Counted from the first letter of the stretch, positions 53,031-63,622 are shown. The stretch: 64,000 nucleotides of DNA from Alphaproteobacteria bacterium (GCA_965218865.1 CBDCME010000065.1:1156-65155); one strand, 5' to 3'. The notes: generated by a model from the sequence alone, not told the origin. Numbers and translations: made by a program.

Positions 53031-53139
53031 CTAGTGCATCGACCCAAACGGAGGCGACAGCCGAAGTTTGGAAAGTTGATGCATCAACAAAGGCTTGGTG
53101 CACAGGGGCGTGAACGAAGTGAATGCGCCGGTGCACTAG
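53031..53139. mobile_element. 109-bp MITE, copy 2 (inverted)
   Basis: Reverse complement of 25973-26081 with few changes. Confidence 0.85.
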
Positions 53140-53196
53140 GTCAAGGCGGAATCGAACCCCCGGACTTTCGCGAAACAACGGCGCGGCGCCGCCTGC

Positions 53197-53739
53197 TCAA
53201 TTCGTCGCCAAGTCCTCCGGACGCACGATCGTCGGTCCCAGGTTTTCGGCGACCTCGCGCGCATCGAACGCCTTGCTGTCGTCTTCCGGTTTGTCGCCTT
53301 GGTAAATTTGGATTTCCGCCAAAGCCGTATACGTGACGACCGGCGTCGTCGTGGTGCCAAGGTAGCCATCGAACGGCGGGTTGCCGAAGCGCGGAAAGTT
53401 ACTGAAATGGTTATCGCTATGGGTCGAGTGGTAGCGTACCAGGCGCTCGGTGTCGGCCTCGACGACGACGAAGTAATCCTTGCCGTTCGCGAGCGTGATT
53501 TCGGCGGCGCGGTAAAGCACGTAGTTCTCGACCGTCTCCCGCGAGGTCAGGGAATTCGCCGAAAAAGATATCCGGTAGTGGTTGGACTCGATCGCCTGAT
53601 CCCTGAACCCCCTGCCGTTCGCCGCCTGCCGGTAAGGCGTCTGCGTGGCGCAGGCGTTAAGAATAATAGCCGCGAGAACGACCATCACGGAGACGATGGC
53701 GCCGCGCGGAGTCGTGGCCCGGAATTTCTCTGATCTCAT
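53197..53739 (-). CDS. conserved alphaproteobacterial lipoprotein (CC0125/CC1285-like)
   Basis: LNAC lipobox, TPY, YRAAEITL, FDAREV. Confidence 0.75.
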   Translation of the reverse strand: MRSEKFRATTPRGAIVSVMVVLAAIILNACATQTPYRQAANGRGFRDQAIESNHYRISFSANSLTSRETVENYVLYRAAEITLANGKDYFVVVEADTERLVRYHSTHSDNHFSNFPRFGNPPFDGYLGTTTTPVVTYTALAEIQIYQGDKPEDDSKAFDAREVAENLGPTIVRPEDLATN

Positions 53740-53946
53740 CCTTGGCTCGAACGGTTGAGGATACGGGTATCCCTTATGTTGTCGTCGCCTGCGCTCGGCA
53801 CAAGTGAACGAGACGGGAACGGTCGGAGTCGAGTCCGGATGAGAAGGTTGCGAGATTGCGGTGCCTGGCCTGGCGGTGGAAAAAACGAGCCGGACCAACT
53901 ACGGTAGTTCAAGCCAATTTCGACCGCTCAACCCCAGCAATCAGAC

Positions 53947-54210
53947 CTAAGAAGGCGGGCCTCCCGACGGAGAGTCTTGACCCACTGCGGACTCCGAAGA
54001 GTACGTGAAACGACGGTCCCGGTGGACGCGCTCTGGTGGGATCGGGAGCGGGCTGTCACGCCCCCGCCGTGGTACGTTTTCCCTGAGCGGAGAAGCGCCG
54101 CTTGCGCCATCGGGCGCACAAAAATCGCGCTGCATGTCGATGACCAGTAAGGCATTGTTTTGCGGGCGAAATTGGAAAGCCCTTCCGTGTCTGCAGGCGA
54201 CTTCGATCAT
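53947..54210 (-). pseudogene. cysteine hydrolase (isochorismatase-like) N-terminal remnant
   Basis: ALLVIDMQRDFC, then similarity is lost. Confidence 0.7.
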
Positions 54211-54995
54211 GCCGGGGGGTGTCCGGTATGCAGGTACGCGATGGCCTTGCCACGAAGGGCACTGAATTCGGGATCCAATTTTAATTCCGTTCGCCGGGGC
54301 CGCGGCAAATCGATCGGAAAATCGGCGATGATCCTCCCCGGGTGCGCGCGCATTACGAGCATTCGATCCGCCAGAAACACGGCCTCTTCCACGTCATGAG
54401 TCACGAACAGTACGGTGGTTCGATGTTCATCGCAGAGCCTGAGCAGCAATTCCTGCATCTGCTCTCGTGTCTGGGCATCGAGGGCGCCGAATGGTTCGTC
54501 CATGAGCAGCACCCGCGGTTGATGAACGAGGGCGCGGGCAATCGCGGCGCGCTGACGCATCCCGCCGGACAATTGCTTCGGGTAGACGTCCTTGAAATTC
54601 GAGAGACCGACGACGTCGATCAGCTCGTGGGCACGGTCCCGGGCGGCGCAAATATCAGACGGCGTTCCCTTGTTAGCCCGCAGTCCAATGCCGAATTCGA
54701 CATTGCCTCGAACGGTCAACCAGGGAAACAGACAATCCCGTTGAAATACCATCCCCCGGTCGGTTCCAGAACCCGTGATCAATTTGTTTTCCAGGAGGAG
54801 CTCGCCCCGTGTCGGTTGGTCCAGACCGGCGATTAGCATCAGTAACGTGCTCTTGCCGCAGCCCGAAGGGCCGACGATGCACACGAACTCGCCGCCGGCA
54901 ACCTCGAATCCGACCCTCTCGATGGCGACGATGGGACCGGCCTTGGTTTCGAAATCCTTCCCCGCGCCGCGAACTTTCAAAAGGACGTCGTTCAT
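54207..54995 (-). CDS. NitT/TauT ABC ATP-binding protein
   Basis: GPSGCGKS, LSGGM, MDEPFGALD. Confidence 0.93.
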   Translation of the reverse strand: MNDVLLKVRGAGKDFETKAGPIVAIERVGFEVAGGEFVCIVGPSGCGKSTLLMLIAGLDQPTRGELLLENKLITGSGTDRGMVFQRDCLFPWLTVRGNVEFGIGLRANKGTPSDICAARDRAHELIDVVGLSNFKDVYPKQLSGGMRQRAAIARALVHQPRVLLMDEPFGALDAQTREQMQELLLRLCDEHRTTVLFVTHDVEEAVFLADRMLVMRAHPGRIIADFPIDLPRPRRTELKLDPEFSALRGKAIAYLHTGHPPA

Positions 54996-55804
54996 CAGGA
55001 TCTCACCTTTTCCTCGGCCCAGGGGAACAATTTTCGCTGCACGTAGCGAAAGGCAAGGTCGGAAGTGACCCCCAGTCCGCCGATAAAGAACAGGTACAGG
55101 AAGATGATATCGACCCGGATGAAGCGCTGAGATTTCAAGATTCGATAACCGAGACCCTCGTTTGCCGCCACCATCTCCGCCACCACCAGATAGGTCCAGG
55201 CCCATCCGAGATTGAGCCTCAGGACGTCGAAAATGCCGGGCAGCGACGACCGCCAAATGACTTTCGTGAAAAGTTCGCGCGGGTGCGCGCCGAGCGCCAT
55301 TGCCGCCCGAATCAATTCCGCCGAGGTCTGTTTAGTGGCGTCGGCGACCATCAACACCATCTGCACGACCGCACCGATAAATATGACCAGCACCTTGGTC
55401 GTTTCACCGATACCGGTGTAGAGAATCAAGAGCGGAATGAACGCTGGTACCGGCATATATCGGAGGAACCCCAGAAGTGGCTCGATAATGGCCTCGAATA
55501 CACGGATGTTGCCCGCCAACATCCCCAACGGAATGGCAACAGCAGTGGCAACAAGAAACCCGAACCAGATCCGAAAATTACTGATCAGAAGATCCGCCAC
55601 GAGGACATCGTGTTCGTACATCTCGACTGCGGCCAAGCCGACGCGGGTGGGCGTCGGTAGGAAAATGGGTGAGGCTAATTTCCCGTAGGAAAGCGAGCAC
55701 CAGACAGCGATCAAGAAGGCGAAAACGATCGCCGTGGTCGTGCTATACAGGCCCCTCGAAATCTCTCCGCGGAGAGCGAATAGTCCCGGACTCACCCGCT
55801 TCAC
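54995..55804 (-). CDS. NitT/TauT ABC permease
   Basis: FLPTP, EAA-like loop, LVVAEM, GLG. Confidence 0.92.
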   Translation of the reverse strand: MKRVSPGLFALRGEISRGLYSTTTAIVFAFLIAVWCSLSYGKLASPIFLPTPTRVGLAAVEMYEHDVLVADLLISNFRIWFGFLVATAVAIPLGMLAGNIRVFEAIIEPLLGFLRYMPVPAFIPLLILYTGIGETTKVLVIFIGAVVQMVLMVADATKQTSAELIRAAMALGAHPRELFTKVIWRSSLPGIFDVLRLNLGWAWTYLVVAEMVAANEGLGYRILKSQRFIRVDIIFLYLFFIGGLGVTSDLAFRYVQRKLFPWAEEKVRS

Positions 55805-55855
55805 GATGCATTGACCCTTCGCAGAGACAAAAATCGGCAGTTGGGTTCCGCGGAA

Positions 55856-56341
55856 TCAGCTTTGTGAATTCGCCGCTTCACTGCGAATTTCGTCAAAAAG
55901 GTGAAGGCATTCTTCCCGAAGCACGCCGCTGATCAACTCGATCCGTGAGCCCGCGTGTTCATTCAACAGGCGCGCGGGAAAGGTCAGCTCCCGAACGGCC
56001 CCATGGGTGTACGCCGTCACCTCGTCCATCGTCGTGGCATAGACGACCCGACTGACCCAGGCGAGCCACATCGCGGTGAAGCACATGGGACACGGCTCCG
56101 TCGTCGTGTAAACGGTGCATCCGGAAAGTTCGGGGCCGCGATCCCGGCACACCTGCTTGACGAGCATCGTTTCGGCGTGGCTCGAATTATCGCCGTCTCG
56201 CGCGACCGTATCATGGGTCCGACCCACGACCTCGCCGGCCCGATCGACGATGACGGCACCAAAGGGAAGTTCCCCCTCCCGCAGGGCCGCCCGACTCTCT
56301 TCCAGCGCCATGGCCATATAGGTTTCGTGCCGCGTTTGCAT
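55856..56341 (-). CDS. nucleobase/nucleoside deaminase (CDA superfamily)
   Basis: PFGA, HAE, EPCPMC. Confidence 0.9.
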   Translation of the reverse strand: MQTRHETYMAMALEESRAALREGELPFGAVIVDRAGEVVGRTHDTVARDGDNSSHAETMLVKQVCRDRGPELSGCTVYTTTEPCPMCFTAMWLAWVSRVVYATTMDEVTAYTHGAVRELTFPARLLNEHAGSRIELISGVLREECLHLFDEIRSEAANSQS

Positions 56342-56411
56342 GGCTTGAGAAGATCGCTTAACGAAATTCTCGGCCGAGCCGATTCAGGGGCCTGCCTCGT
56401 TTAACCGGCAA

Positions 56412-57431
56412 TCAATTCGAAACAAAGCGTTCATCGACGAGACCGTCGATATCGAGTTTCGTCTCTATGAGGTCACGATCCTTGAGGAAAATTTCGATTT
56501 TCCTCAGCGTTTCCTTGGCGGTCGATGTGAAGATCCTCTTGTTGTCGGCCATGCTGTAAACATTGTCACCCGCAAGCATGCCCTGGATGTCTTCCGGGCT
56601 CGCTTCCAGCTTCTTTGTGAGGATCGCCTCGGCCTCGGCCGGTTGCTCGTTGAGGAGTTGAACGCCTCGATCCACGGCCCGTATGAAAGCCGCGACGTCG
56701 CTCGCCCGTTCCTTAAGGATTTCCTCGCGAACGACCACACCGTCCGAGATCAGGTTCTGGCCCTGCTCGTCGCCGGAGGAAAAGATTACTTTCCCTCCCC
56801 CGGACAATGCCCGGGTGACCCAGGGCTCCCACGTCACCGCCGCTTCGACTTGACCGGCAACGAATGCAGCCCCCCCGGCGTCGGGGCTCATGTCAACGAT
56901 CTCAACGTCGGATTCGGTCAGTCCGGCGGCCTCCAGACCGATGATAAGCAGGAAATGATTTACCTCCCCCACGGTGGTGGCGACGCGTTTCCCCTTGAGT
57001 CCGGCCATGTCGCTGATATCTGCCTGCGCGACCACCGCGTCGGCGCCGTTCGAGGCGTCGATCAAATAGACGACCTTGAGCGGGGCCGCTTGCTTCCCGG
57101 CGATAAGGGCGAGGTTGTACAAGGTCGTCACGTTCAAATCGAGCGCCCCGGCAATCAGCGGCGGCAACGAGTCCCCCGGGCCCGCGAAGGGCACAAACTC
57201 GATCTCGACCCCCTCTTCCTTGAAAAAGCCTTTGGCCTGGGCGATAAACATGCCGGAGTATCCGATCCACTGATCGTGCCCAACCTTCAAGGGATCGCCC
57301 AAAGCCGGCGCCACGCCAAATCCCGCGACCATCATGAGCACGGCCACGCCGCTTATGGCGGTGCGGACCGTTTTGGCCCGACCCGATGACCACGCCCTCA
57401 TCAGCTGGTCTTTGATCCGCTTCGTTTCCAT
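56412..57431 (-). CDS. NitT/TauT ABC substrate-binding protein
   Basis: Signal peptide, WIGY, S.GADA, TWEPW. Confidence 0.9.
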   Translation of the reverse strand: METKRIKDQLMRAWSSGRAKTVRTAISGVAVLMMVAGFGVAPALGDPLKVGHDQWIGYSGMFIAQAKGFFKEEGVEIEFVPFAGPGDSLPPLIAGALDLNVTTLYNLALIAGKQAAPLKVVYLIDASNGADAVVAQADISDMAGLKGKRVATTVGEVNHFLLIIGLEAAGLTESDVEIVDMSPDAGGAAFVAGQVEAAVTWEPWVTRALSGGGKVIFSSGDEQGQNLISDGVVVREEILKERASDVAAFIRAVDRGVQLLNEQPAEAEAILTKKLEASPEDIQGMLAGDNVYSMADNKRIFTSTAKETLRKIEIFLKDRDLIETKLDIDGLVDERFVSN

Positions 57432-57569
57432 CGTCAATCCTCCCTGGGATATTGTGGAGCCGCTCGGTCTTCATCGACCGAAAATCGCCTCGCGTCTCAT
57501 TAGGCGACAGGATAATCGCGATTCCGGTTCATGAAAACTCCCAATATTTTGGGGAATTATATATCGGTA

Positions 57570-57598
57570 TTGACAAAGCCTAAAATATTCGCTACACT
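57570..57598 (+). promoter_or_regulatory. sigma-70 promoter of the transposase, overlapping the IR
   Basis: TTGACA-N17-TACACT. Confidence 0.7.
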
Positions 57599-57624
57599 CC
57601 AATCATCGGCAACGGAGATTGGAA

Positions 57625-58596
57625 ATGACCAAGAAAGCCCCTGGAAAATCAAATCGTGAAGGCGTCACCGTCATGCAGTTAGCGGACATGTTTCCGACCG
57701 ACGACGCGGCGCTGGCTTGGTTTGAAAGCAAGATTTGGCCGGATGGCCGCAAGTGCCCGCACTGCAAATCAAAGCGCACCTGCAAAGCCAGCCACGGCAA
57801 TATGCCTTACTGGTGTTCCGATTGCCGGTCCTATTTCTCAATCAAAACCGGCTCAGTCATGCAGGGATCGCCCTTGCCCCTGCGCAAGTGGGTCTATGCC
57901 ATCTACATGCACCTGACCAGCTTGAAGGGTGTATCGTCGATGAAGCTGCATCGGGACATCGGCGTTACTCAAAAGACGGCATGGTTCATGCTGCAACGTA
58001 TCCGCAAAGCTTTCGAGCGCGACGACGACGAGCCGCCGTTTTCCGGCCCGGTGGAGATCGATGAGAGTTATTTCGGCGGTAAACGCAAGAACAAATCAAA
58101 CACCGAGCGCAAGGCTTCCGAGGGACGCGGCCCCGTCGATATGACGGCGGTTGTCGGGGCCAAGGACCGAGCCACCAAGAGGGTTGCGGCCAAGGTGGTA
58201 ACGGACACCGACAAGGCCACGCTGCAAGGCTTCGTCGCCGATAACGCGGAACCCAGCGCCACCGTCTACACCGATGACGCGGCGGCCTACGGAGGCATCC
58301 CTAACCCGCACGAGAGCGTCAAGCACTCGGTATCGGAATTCGTCTCAGGGATGGCACACACCAACGGGATTGAGAGCTTTTGGGCTATGCTCAAGCGGGC
58401 GCACAAAGGCGTTTATCACAAATTCTCGCCCAAGCACTTGAGCCGGTACATCGCCGAGTTCTCCGGGCGTCACAACATCCGCGAGAGCGGCACGCTGGCG
58501 CAAATGGACTCTCTAGCTTGCGGGATGCGGGGCAAGAGGCTGACCTACGCGACGCTGATCGCCGATAACGGGCTGGCTAGCGGTGCTCGGGCGTGA
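57625..58596 (+). CDS. IS1595-family transposase
   Basis: CPHC/CSDC, EIDESY, YTDD, HTNGIESFW. Confidence 0.93.
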   Translation: MTKKAPGKSNREGVTVMQLADMFPTDDAALAWFESKIWPDGRKCPHCKSKRTCKASHGNMPYWCSDCRSYFSIKTGSVMQGSPLPLRKWVYAIYMHLTSLKGVSSMKLHRDIGVTQKTAWFMLQRIRKAFERDDDEPPFSGPVEIDESYFGGKRKNKSNTERKASEGRGPVDMTAVVGAKDRATKRVAAKVVTDTDKATLQGFVADNAEPSATVYTDDAAAYGGIPNPHESVKHSVSEFVSGMAHTNGIESFWAMLKRAHKGVYHKFSPKHLSRYIAEFSGRHNIRESGTLAQMDSLACGMRGKRLTYATLIADNGLASGARA

Positions 58597-59033
58597 GTAG
58601 GGAAGCCGCTATCTTGAATCTGGAGTTATCGCAAAGAGGGTTGCAATGCCTGGACGAGGCTATGCGTGTGGTTACCACCAAGGCAAGCATTGTGTTTGCG
58701 GCTTGTGCGATTCTTTTGCCGAAGAATCTACAGGTCACTCCCGAAACGCTGATAGTCTACGCGCCATTCGCCCTGACCGGTTTTTTGGCGATACTCGCCA
58801 TTTGGCCAAGAAAGTATGAAACAGGCGCCAAACCGGAACGGGCACAGCAGATACTAGCCGACTATTCCTACGAAAAATCAGTCGATTGGATTGCCGAAGC
58901 TAACCGTCAATCGATCAAAGCCAACTCATCCGCAATAAAGTGGAAGTCCTATTTTCTAACAGCTAGCACAATTTCCCTTGGAGTCAGCGTAGCCGTCCAA
59001 ATAGCCCATGGGTATTTCATCCACCTTTCGTGA
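58593..59033 (+). CDS. cargo membrane protein (about 3 TM)
   Basis: GTGA overlap with the transposase stop; TKASIV-TM, TM-WPR, N..K-TM. Confidence 0.7.
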   Translation: MSREAAILNLELSQRGLQCLDEAMRVVTTKASIVFAACAILLPKNLQVTPETLIVYAPFALTGFLAILAIWPRKYETGAKPERAQQILADYSYEKSVDWIAEANRQSIKANSSAIKWKSYFLTASTISLGVSVAVQIAHGYFIHLS

Positions 59034-59139
59034 CATCGCCCCTATCTTCCCTGCTTGGCGGGGGCGGTGATGGCTCCGGCGGAGGGGGAGGTGGCGGTGC
59101 CGGTTGCGGACTGTCTTTTTCACCCTCTGAAGCCTTCAT
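59017..59139 (-). CDS. tiny proline-rich peptide
   Basis: MKASEGEKDSPQPAPPPPPPPEPSPPPPSREDRGDVTKGG; no clear RBS. Confidence 0.35.
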   Translation of the reverse strand: MKASEGEKDSPQPAPPPPPPPEPSPPPPSREDRGDVTKGG

Positions 59140-59379
59140 GCGATACACCTCGATCTTGCGGGTTGCCGCTTGACCAGGAACAATTTTTAGTCGCGGTTGA
59201 GGGTTCGGGATGAGTGGGATCGTGCTCGGTGCACGGGGTTCGGGGAGCCCCGAGCTTGCCTCGACGACGTCATGGGGACTGCTCGAAGCCACCGGACGGC
59301 GTTTTCGGATTCGACAGGCACACCGGTCCGCCCGCGCCGCTCGGCGGCACGTCCCGGTCCGGGGGAGAGGCGTGCTGTC

Positions 59380-61176
59380 TCAGGCGATGGGCGCGGTCAT
59401 GATCGCGTCGAGGGCCTCCTGCGCCCGGGCGGCATAGTGCCGGTTGGCCTCGGGCAGATAACGGAAGCGTCCGTCGCAGCGCACGATGGCGATGGCCGCG
59501 TTGGTCAAGCAGGCGAGATTTCTGGGCAGGTGACGCACGTAGGCCCGGCATCGGTCTTCGTCGTAGGTGAAGTCGCGCACGTAGTGCAGGCGGTTCTCGA
59601 TATGCCAGTGGTTGCGCACCAGTTCGAGCAACTCCTCGGGTCCGGCGCGCTCTGCGCCGAGCGAGGTGAGGCTCCAGGTCACCTCGATGCTGCGCTTGCC
59701 GGTCTTGAGGATCTCGCGTTCGCGCTCGATGCGCATGGCCTGGCGTCGCCCGTGGAGGTTGGCGTAGCCGTCCCACTCGGCAGCGGAGAGGTCGACGACG
59801 GCGCAGCGTCGGCGCTCGATGCGGCCATGGCCCTTGTCGACGGTTTCGTGCCAGAGCGCATCGCTGAAGTCGATCGCCTTGAGGTCTTCGAAGATCATCT
59901 CCTGGTTGTCCTTGACCGCGCTCATCACGTAGTCGGCGCGACGCCCGAGCAGGCAGCGCGCGGTCTCGTGCTGAGCGTGCATCGCGTCCATGGTGACGAT
60001 CCGGCCTGTGAGGTCGAGGCCGCTGGAGAGTTCGCGCACGGCCGGGATTTCGTTGCTCTTGCGGTCGACCTCGACCTGCCCGAGGACCACGCCGGTGTCG
60101 TGCTCGACCGCCGCCACCATCATCCTGCGCCCGTCTTCGGTCTGCTTCGAGGCGCCGCGCAGATCCTTTCCGTCCATGGCGACCGGCGCGTGCGCGCTGC
60201 CATGCTGGCCGGTCCACTGGCTAATCGCGTTGTCCAGGGTCTCTGGCGGCAGGGCGGTGAGGGTCTTGTGGAAGGTGGTGATCGCGGGCGGGGTGTAGCG
60301 CTGTTTGGAAGGGCTCCAGAACGCACCCACCGCCTCGAGCTGCTCCTGGGAGAGCAGGGCGGCGAACTGGGCGAACGCGTTCACCCCCCGGTATCCGGCA
60401 AGCCGGGCGGCGACGGCGATCACCAGAATGGTGTTGAGCGCATAGCGCTTGCCCCGGGCATGGCGGTACTCGGGCACCTCACCCAGACACTCGAACAGGC
60501 TGCGCAGCCGGGGCGCGGCCATCGGCTCGGTGTGCTGCTCGGCGTTCCAGTGTGCCGGCATCCCGGTACGGCTCAGCGCCTCGGGGGCGCCGTCTGTCAG
60601 TCCGAACACGAAGACCTCCTTGGGCTGACCGTGGTGGCGCCAGCGCGCTGCCCCTCCGGGCTCACGGGCAAAGCCCCGCGTCAGCCCCAGAGAGCGCCAG
60701 TTCGACGCGCGGTAGCAGGTGCCGGCAAATCGCGAGACGTCCACGAACGTCTCCGCCAGAAGAGCCGGATATCCGTGCACCGCCTGGATGTCCTCAGACA
60801 GCCGCCGCAGGCTCAGCCCCAGCACACGGGAGGCCAGGTTCGGCACTCGGCCAGGCGTCAGAATGACGAAGCGCGAGTTGTTGGCGATCAGATGCAGACG
60901 CCGGAACTGCTGCTCGGCCGACCACCCGATCCAGCGATCACGCGCGCCCAGCTTGAACGCGCCGGGCTGCCAGCCGATCAGTGCGAGCCAGGTCTCGCCA
61001 TGCACCGCGACATGGCGCAGGCCCTTGCCGATGACGCCGTGGAACGCCAGGTAGTGGTGCTGCTCCACCAACCGGTCCCAGCGCCGGTGCTCCTGCGCGC
61101 CCCAGGTCGGACGCACCGTGACCGCGCGCAAATCAATGGACGAATCCGAGACCGGCAGCGTCGCCATGACCGGCAC
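59380..61176 (-). mobile_element. ISAs1-family transposase with N-terminal DUF4338 (DruA-like) domain
   Basis: HHYL, NNSRF, ETFVD, GTCYRASNW; then MDGK, KSNEI, MDAMH, VKDNQ, HWHIEN; element ends not resolved. Confidence 0.88.
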
Positions 61177-61406
61177 ACTGCCACACCGAGAATGAAATGG
61201 CCAGCGCCGCGATCACCTCACCCTGATCACTGGGCGGACAAAAAACTAGCCCTGCCGCTTGACCGAAGGACAAAGAATCCCTATGCTTGAAATCGCCTGA
61301 TCAGCAATTCCAAGCTCGGTCGCGCGGTAACGCGACGGTTGATACAAAGCCCCGGTTCCTGCCGGGGCTTTCTCTGTCTACCAAATCAGCGCGTGAATTT
61401 CAATTC

Positions 61407-61754
61407 CTAGCGCTTTGCTCCCGACAGGCATTGTCTGAGCCCGAAATCATAAATCTCCTCCCGCTGTTCGCGATTCAGCCCGCGTACCATTGGCAAGAGA
61501 GTGGCATAGACTTGCTCATAGGTCTTTGCGTTCACAATCTTGATCAGCCTGACCATTTCCTCGATAGAAATACCCGGAGTCCGATCCGCGCTCGTTCTGG
61601 CTATGGTTCTGACGCATGTATCGATCACCAGGCGCTCAATCTCAGTGCGGATTTCGCCCGCGGTTGCAGCCTGACCGGCGTGGTAGCAGAAACCCAAGAG
61701 TCCGGCGAAACACAAAGCGGCGAAGGTATGCTTCAAGACTATCTTGACCGGCAT
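61407..61754 (-). CDS. small secreted helical cargo protein
   Basis: Signal peptide, Cys pair (DTC...RQC), RBS AGGAAGG. Confidence 0.6.
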   Translation of the reverse strand: MPVKIVLKHTFAALCFAGLLGFCYHAGQAATAGEIRTEIERLVIDTCVRTIARTSADRTPGISIEEMVRLIKIVNAKTYEQVYATLLPMVRGLNREQREEIYDFGLRQCLSGAKR

Positions 61755-61962
61755 GGCAGCCTTCCTATGGCGAAGGAACACCCCGGCGGGATTGCCGGGC
61801 CGGCTTGCCGAGCAACACACGAGCGACGTGAGTTCCCGATTATTTCCGGTAAAGGTCTTCTATTCGCGGGCGACCCGACACAGAGTCGCTCGCAATATAC
61901 TCGGCAAGCACGATCAACTTACCTGGATTGACGCGATCCGTCAATACCGATATATAATTCCC

Positions 61963-62379
61963 TATCTCTTCGGCGCCATCTGCCCCGAGCGCGGTGAGGG
62001 CGCGGCGCTGGTCATGCCGCGCGCCAATACTGAAGCCATGGACCTGCATCTCGAGGAAATCAGCCGGGCCGTTGCCCCAAACGCCCATGCCGTCGTGCTG
62101 CTCGACCAAGCCGCATGGCACACCACTGCCAAACTCGGCATCCCGGAGAACATCTCCCTCGTGCCTTTGCCACCCAAGTCCCCGGAGCTCAATCCCGCCG
62201 AAAATGTCTGGCAATACCTCCGCCAGAACTGGCTCTCCAATCGTGTCTTCGACTCCTATGAAGCCATCGTCGAGGCCTCTTGCCAAGCCTGGAACAACCT
62301 GACCGACCAACCTTGGAAGATCATGTCCATCGGCCTCAGAGCGTGGGATCGCACAAGTCAATGTTAAGGGCGGTTGGTA
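61963..62379 (+). mobile_element. IS630-family element A, copy 4 (3' part only)
   Basis: Begins abruptly at the IS1595 IR; ends GGCGGTTGGTA. Confidence 0.9.
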
Positions 62380-62836
62380 TAAGCAGGTGTCCGAGGCGCT
62401 GGACCGGTCGGCGGCCGCCTTGTCGGAGCGTTTCGGAGACAACCCGGCGGACTGGCGTTGGGGCGAGGCGCACCAAGCCGAGATGCCACACCTCGTTTGG
62501 GACCGAATTCCCTTGATCGGAGGCCTCCTGGCGATCCGCGTTCCGAATGGCGGCGGACCCAGCACGATCAACGCCGCCGCTTACGCCTGGGACGCCGGAG
62601 TCGACAACTTTCCCCAAACCAGCGGGCCGAGTCTGCGCGCGGTATACGACCTCGCGGACCTCGATAATTCGGTGTTCATCCACGCCCCGGGACAGTCCGG
62701 CAACCCCTTGTCGCCGCACTACGACGATCTGGTCGTTCGCTGGCGCGACCACGAACCCTTCCGAATTCCCGAGGCCAAAGCGGGTGCCGGTGGACGGCTC
62801 CTCCTCGTTCCCTCTGGGGCGCCCGTATCGAAATAG
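62380..62836 (+). pseudogene. penicillin acylase-family C-terminal remnant
   Basis: WRWGEAH, GPSLRAVYDL, PGQSGNPLSPHYDD. Confidence 0.85.
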
Positions 62837-62848
62837 GGATTTCCGCCG

Positions 62849-62957
62849 CTAGTGCATCGACCCAAACGGAGGCGACAGCCGAAGTTTGGAAAGTTGATGC
62901 ATCAACAAAGGCCTGGTGCACGGGGGCGTGAACGAAGTGAATGCGCCGGTGCACTAG
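62849..62957. mobile_element. 109-bp MITE, copy 3 (inverted)
   Basis: Same sequence as copies 1 and 2, CTAG flanks. Confidence 0.85.
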
Positions 62958-62966
62958 AATGGTGAT

Positions 62967-63464
62967 TCAGGCGTCTTCGTCGAGTCGGCGGTATTGCCCG
63001 CGAAAATAGAGCAGCGGCCGGTCCGCCACCGGTTGGGTCGTCATACTGATTACCTCGCCGACGAAGATCACGTGGTCGCCACCGTCGTAACGAAAACGCG
63101 TTTCACATTCGAAGCAAGCAATGGCTCCCGAAAGAAGCGGGCAGTCCGTAACTCCGATGGCATAGTCGACGCCAAGGAATTTTTCGCTCGTCCGGGGGAA
63201 GGAATTCGCAAATCGGCGGGATAGATGATCCTGGTCCTCGCGCAGAATGTTCACCGCGAAATGTCGGCTGGACTCGAAACCCTTGAGGCTGTTCGCGCGT
63301 CTGTCGAGACTGAACAAGACCAGGGGCGGCTTCAAGGAAACCGAGGAGAAGGAATTGGCGGTGAAGCCCAGCGGACCACCGTCGGGGCCGACAGCGGTCA
63401 CAATGGTCACCCCGGTCGCGAAATTCCCAACAACTTGGCGAAATCGACTCGTGTCGATCGTCAC
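62967..63464 (-). CDS. flavin reductase-family protein
   Basis: FATGVT, ANSFSSVSL.PP, GGDH. Confidence 0.9.
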   Translation of the reverse strand: MTIDTSRFRQVVGNFATGVTIVTAVGPDGGPLGFTANSFSSVSLKPPLVLFSLDRRANSLKGFESSRHFAVNILREDQDHLSRRFANSFPRTSEKFLGVDYAIGVTDCPLLSGAIACFECETRFRYDGGDHVIFVGEVISMTTQPVADRPLLYFRGQYRRLDEDA

Positions 63465-63622
63465 GGCAAGCGACTTTCCTCTATTCGGCCAGACGCGAAG
63501 GACGGCCAATCGTCATGATCGGAAACACCTTCCGCACCGCCCAGGCTAAGTGTAATATTTGGCGGACAAAATCCGCAAGGGCGCGGCGCCGGAACGCTAC
63601 ATTCCAGACAAAATCCTCAAAT

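Larger units (their letters stand above)
57552..61962 (+). mobile_element. second IS1595-family transporter IS with cargo and nested ISAs1
   Basis: Perfect 23-bp IR GGGAATTATATATCGGTATTGAC; no TSD. Confidence 0.88.

Noticed and set aside
59197-61290. Long ORFs such as the 697-aa one here, 39490-40926 and 51563-53047
   Set aside because: Antisense shadows of real GC-rich genes
61744-62367. 207-aa transposase with a new N-terminus
   Set aside because: Chance in-frame join of the IS1595 end and a truncated IS630
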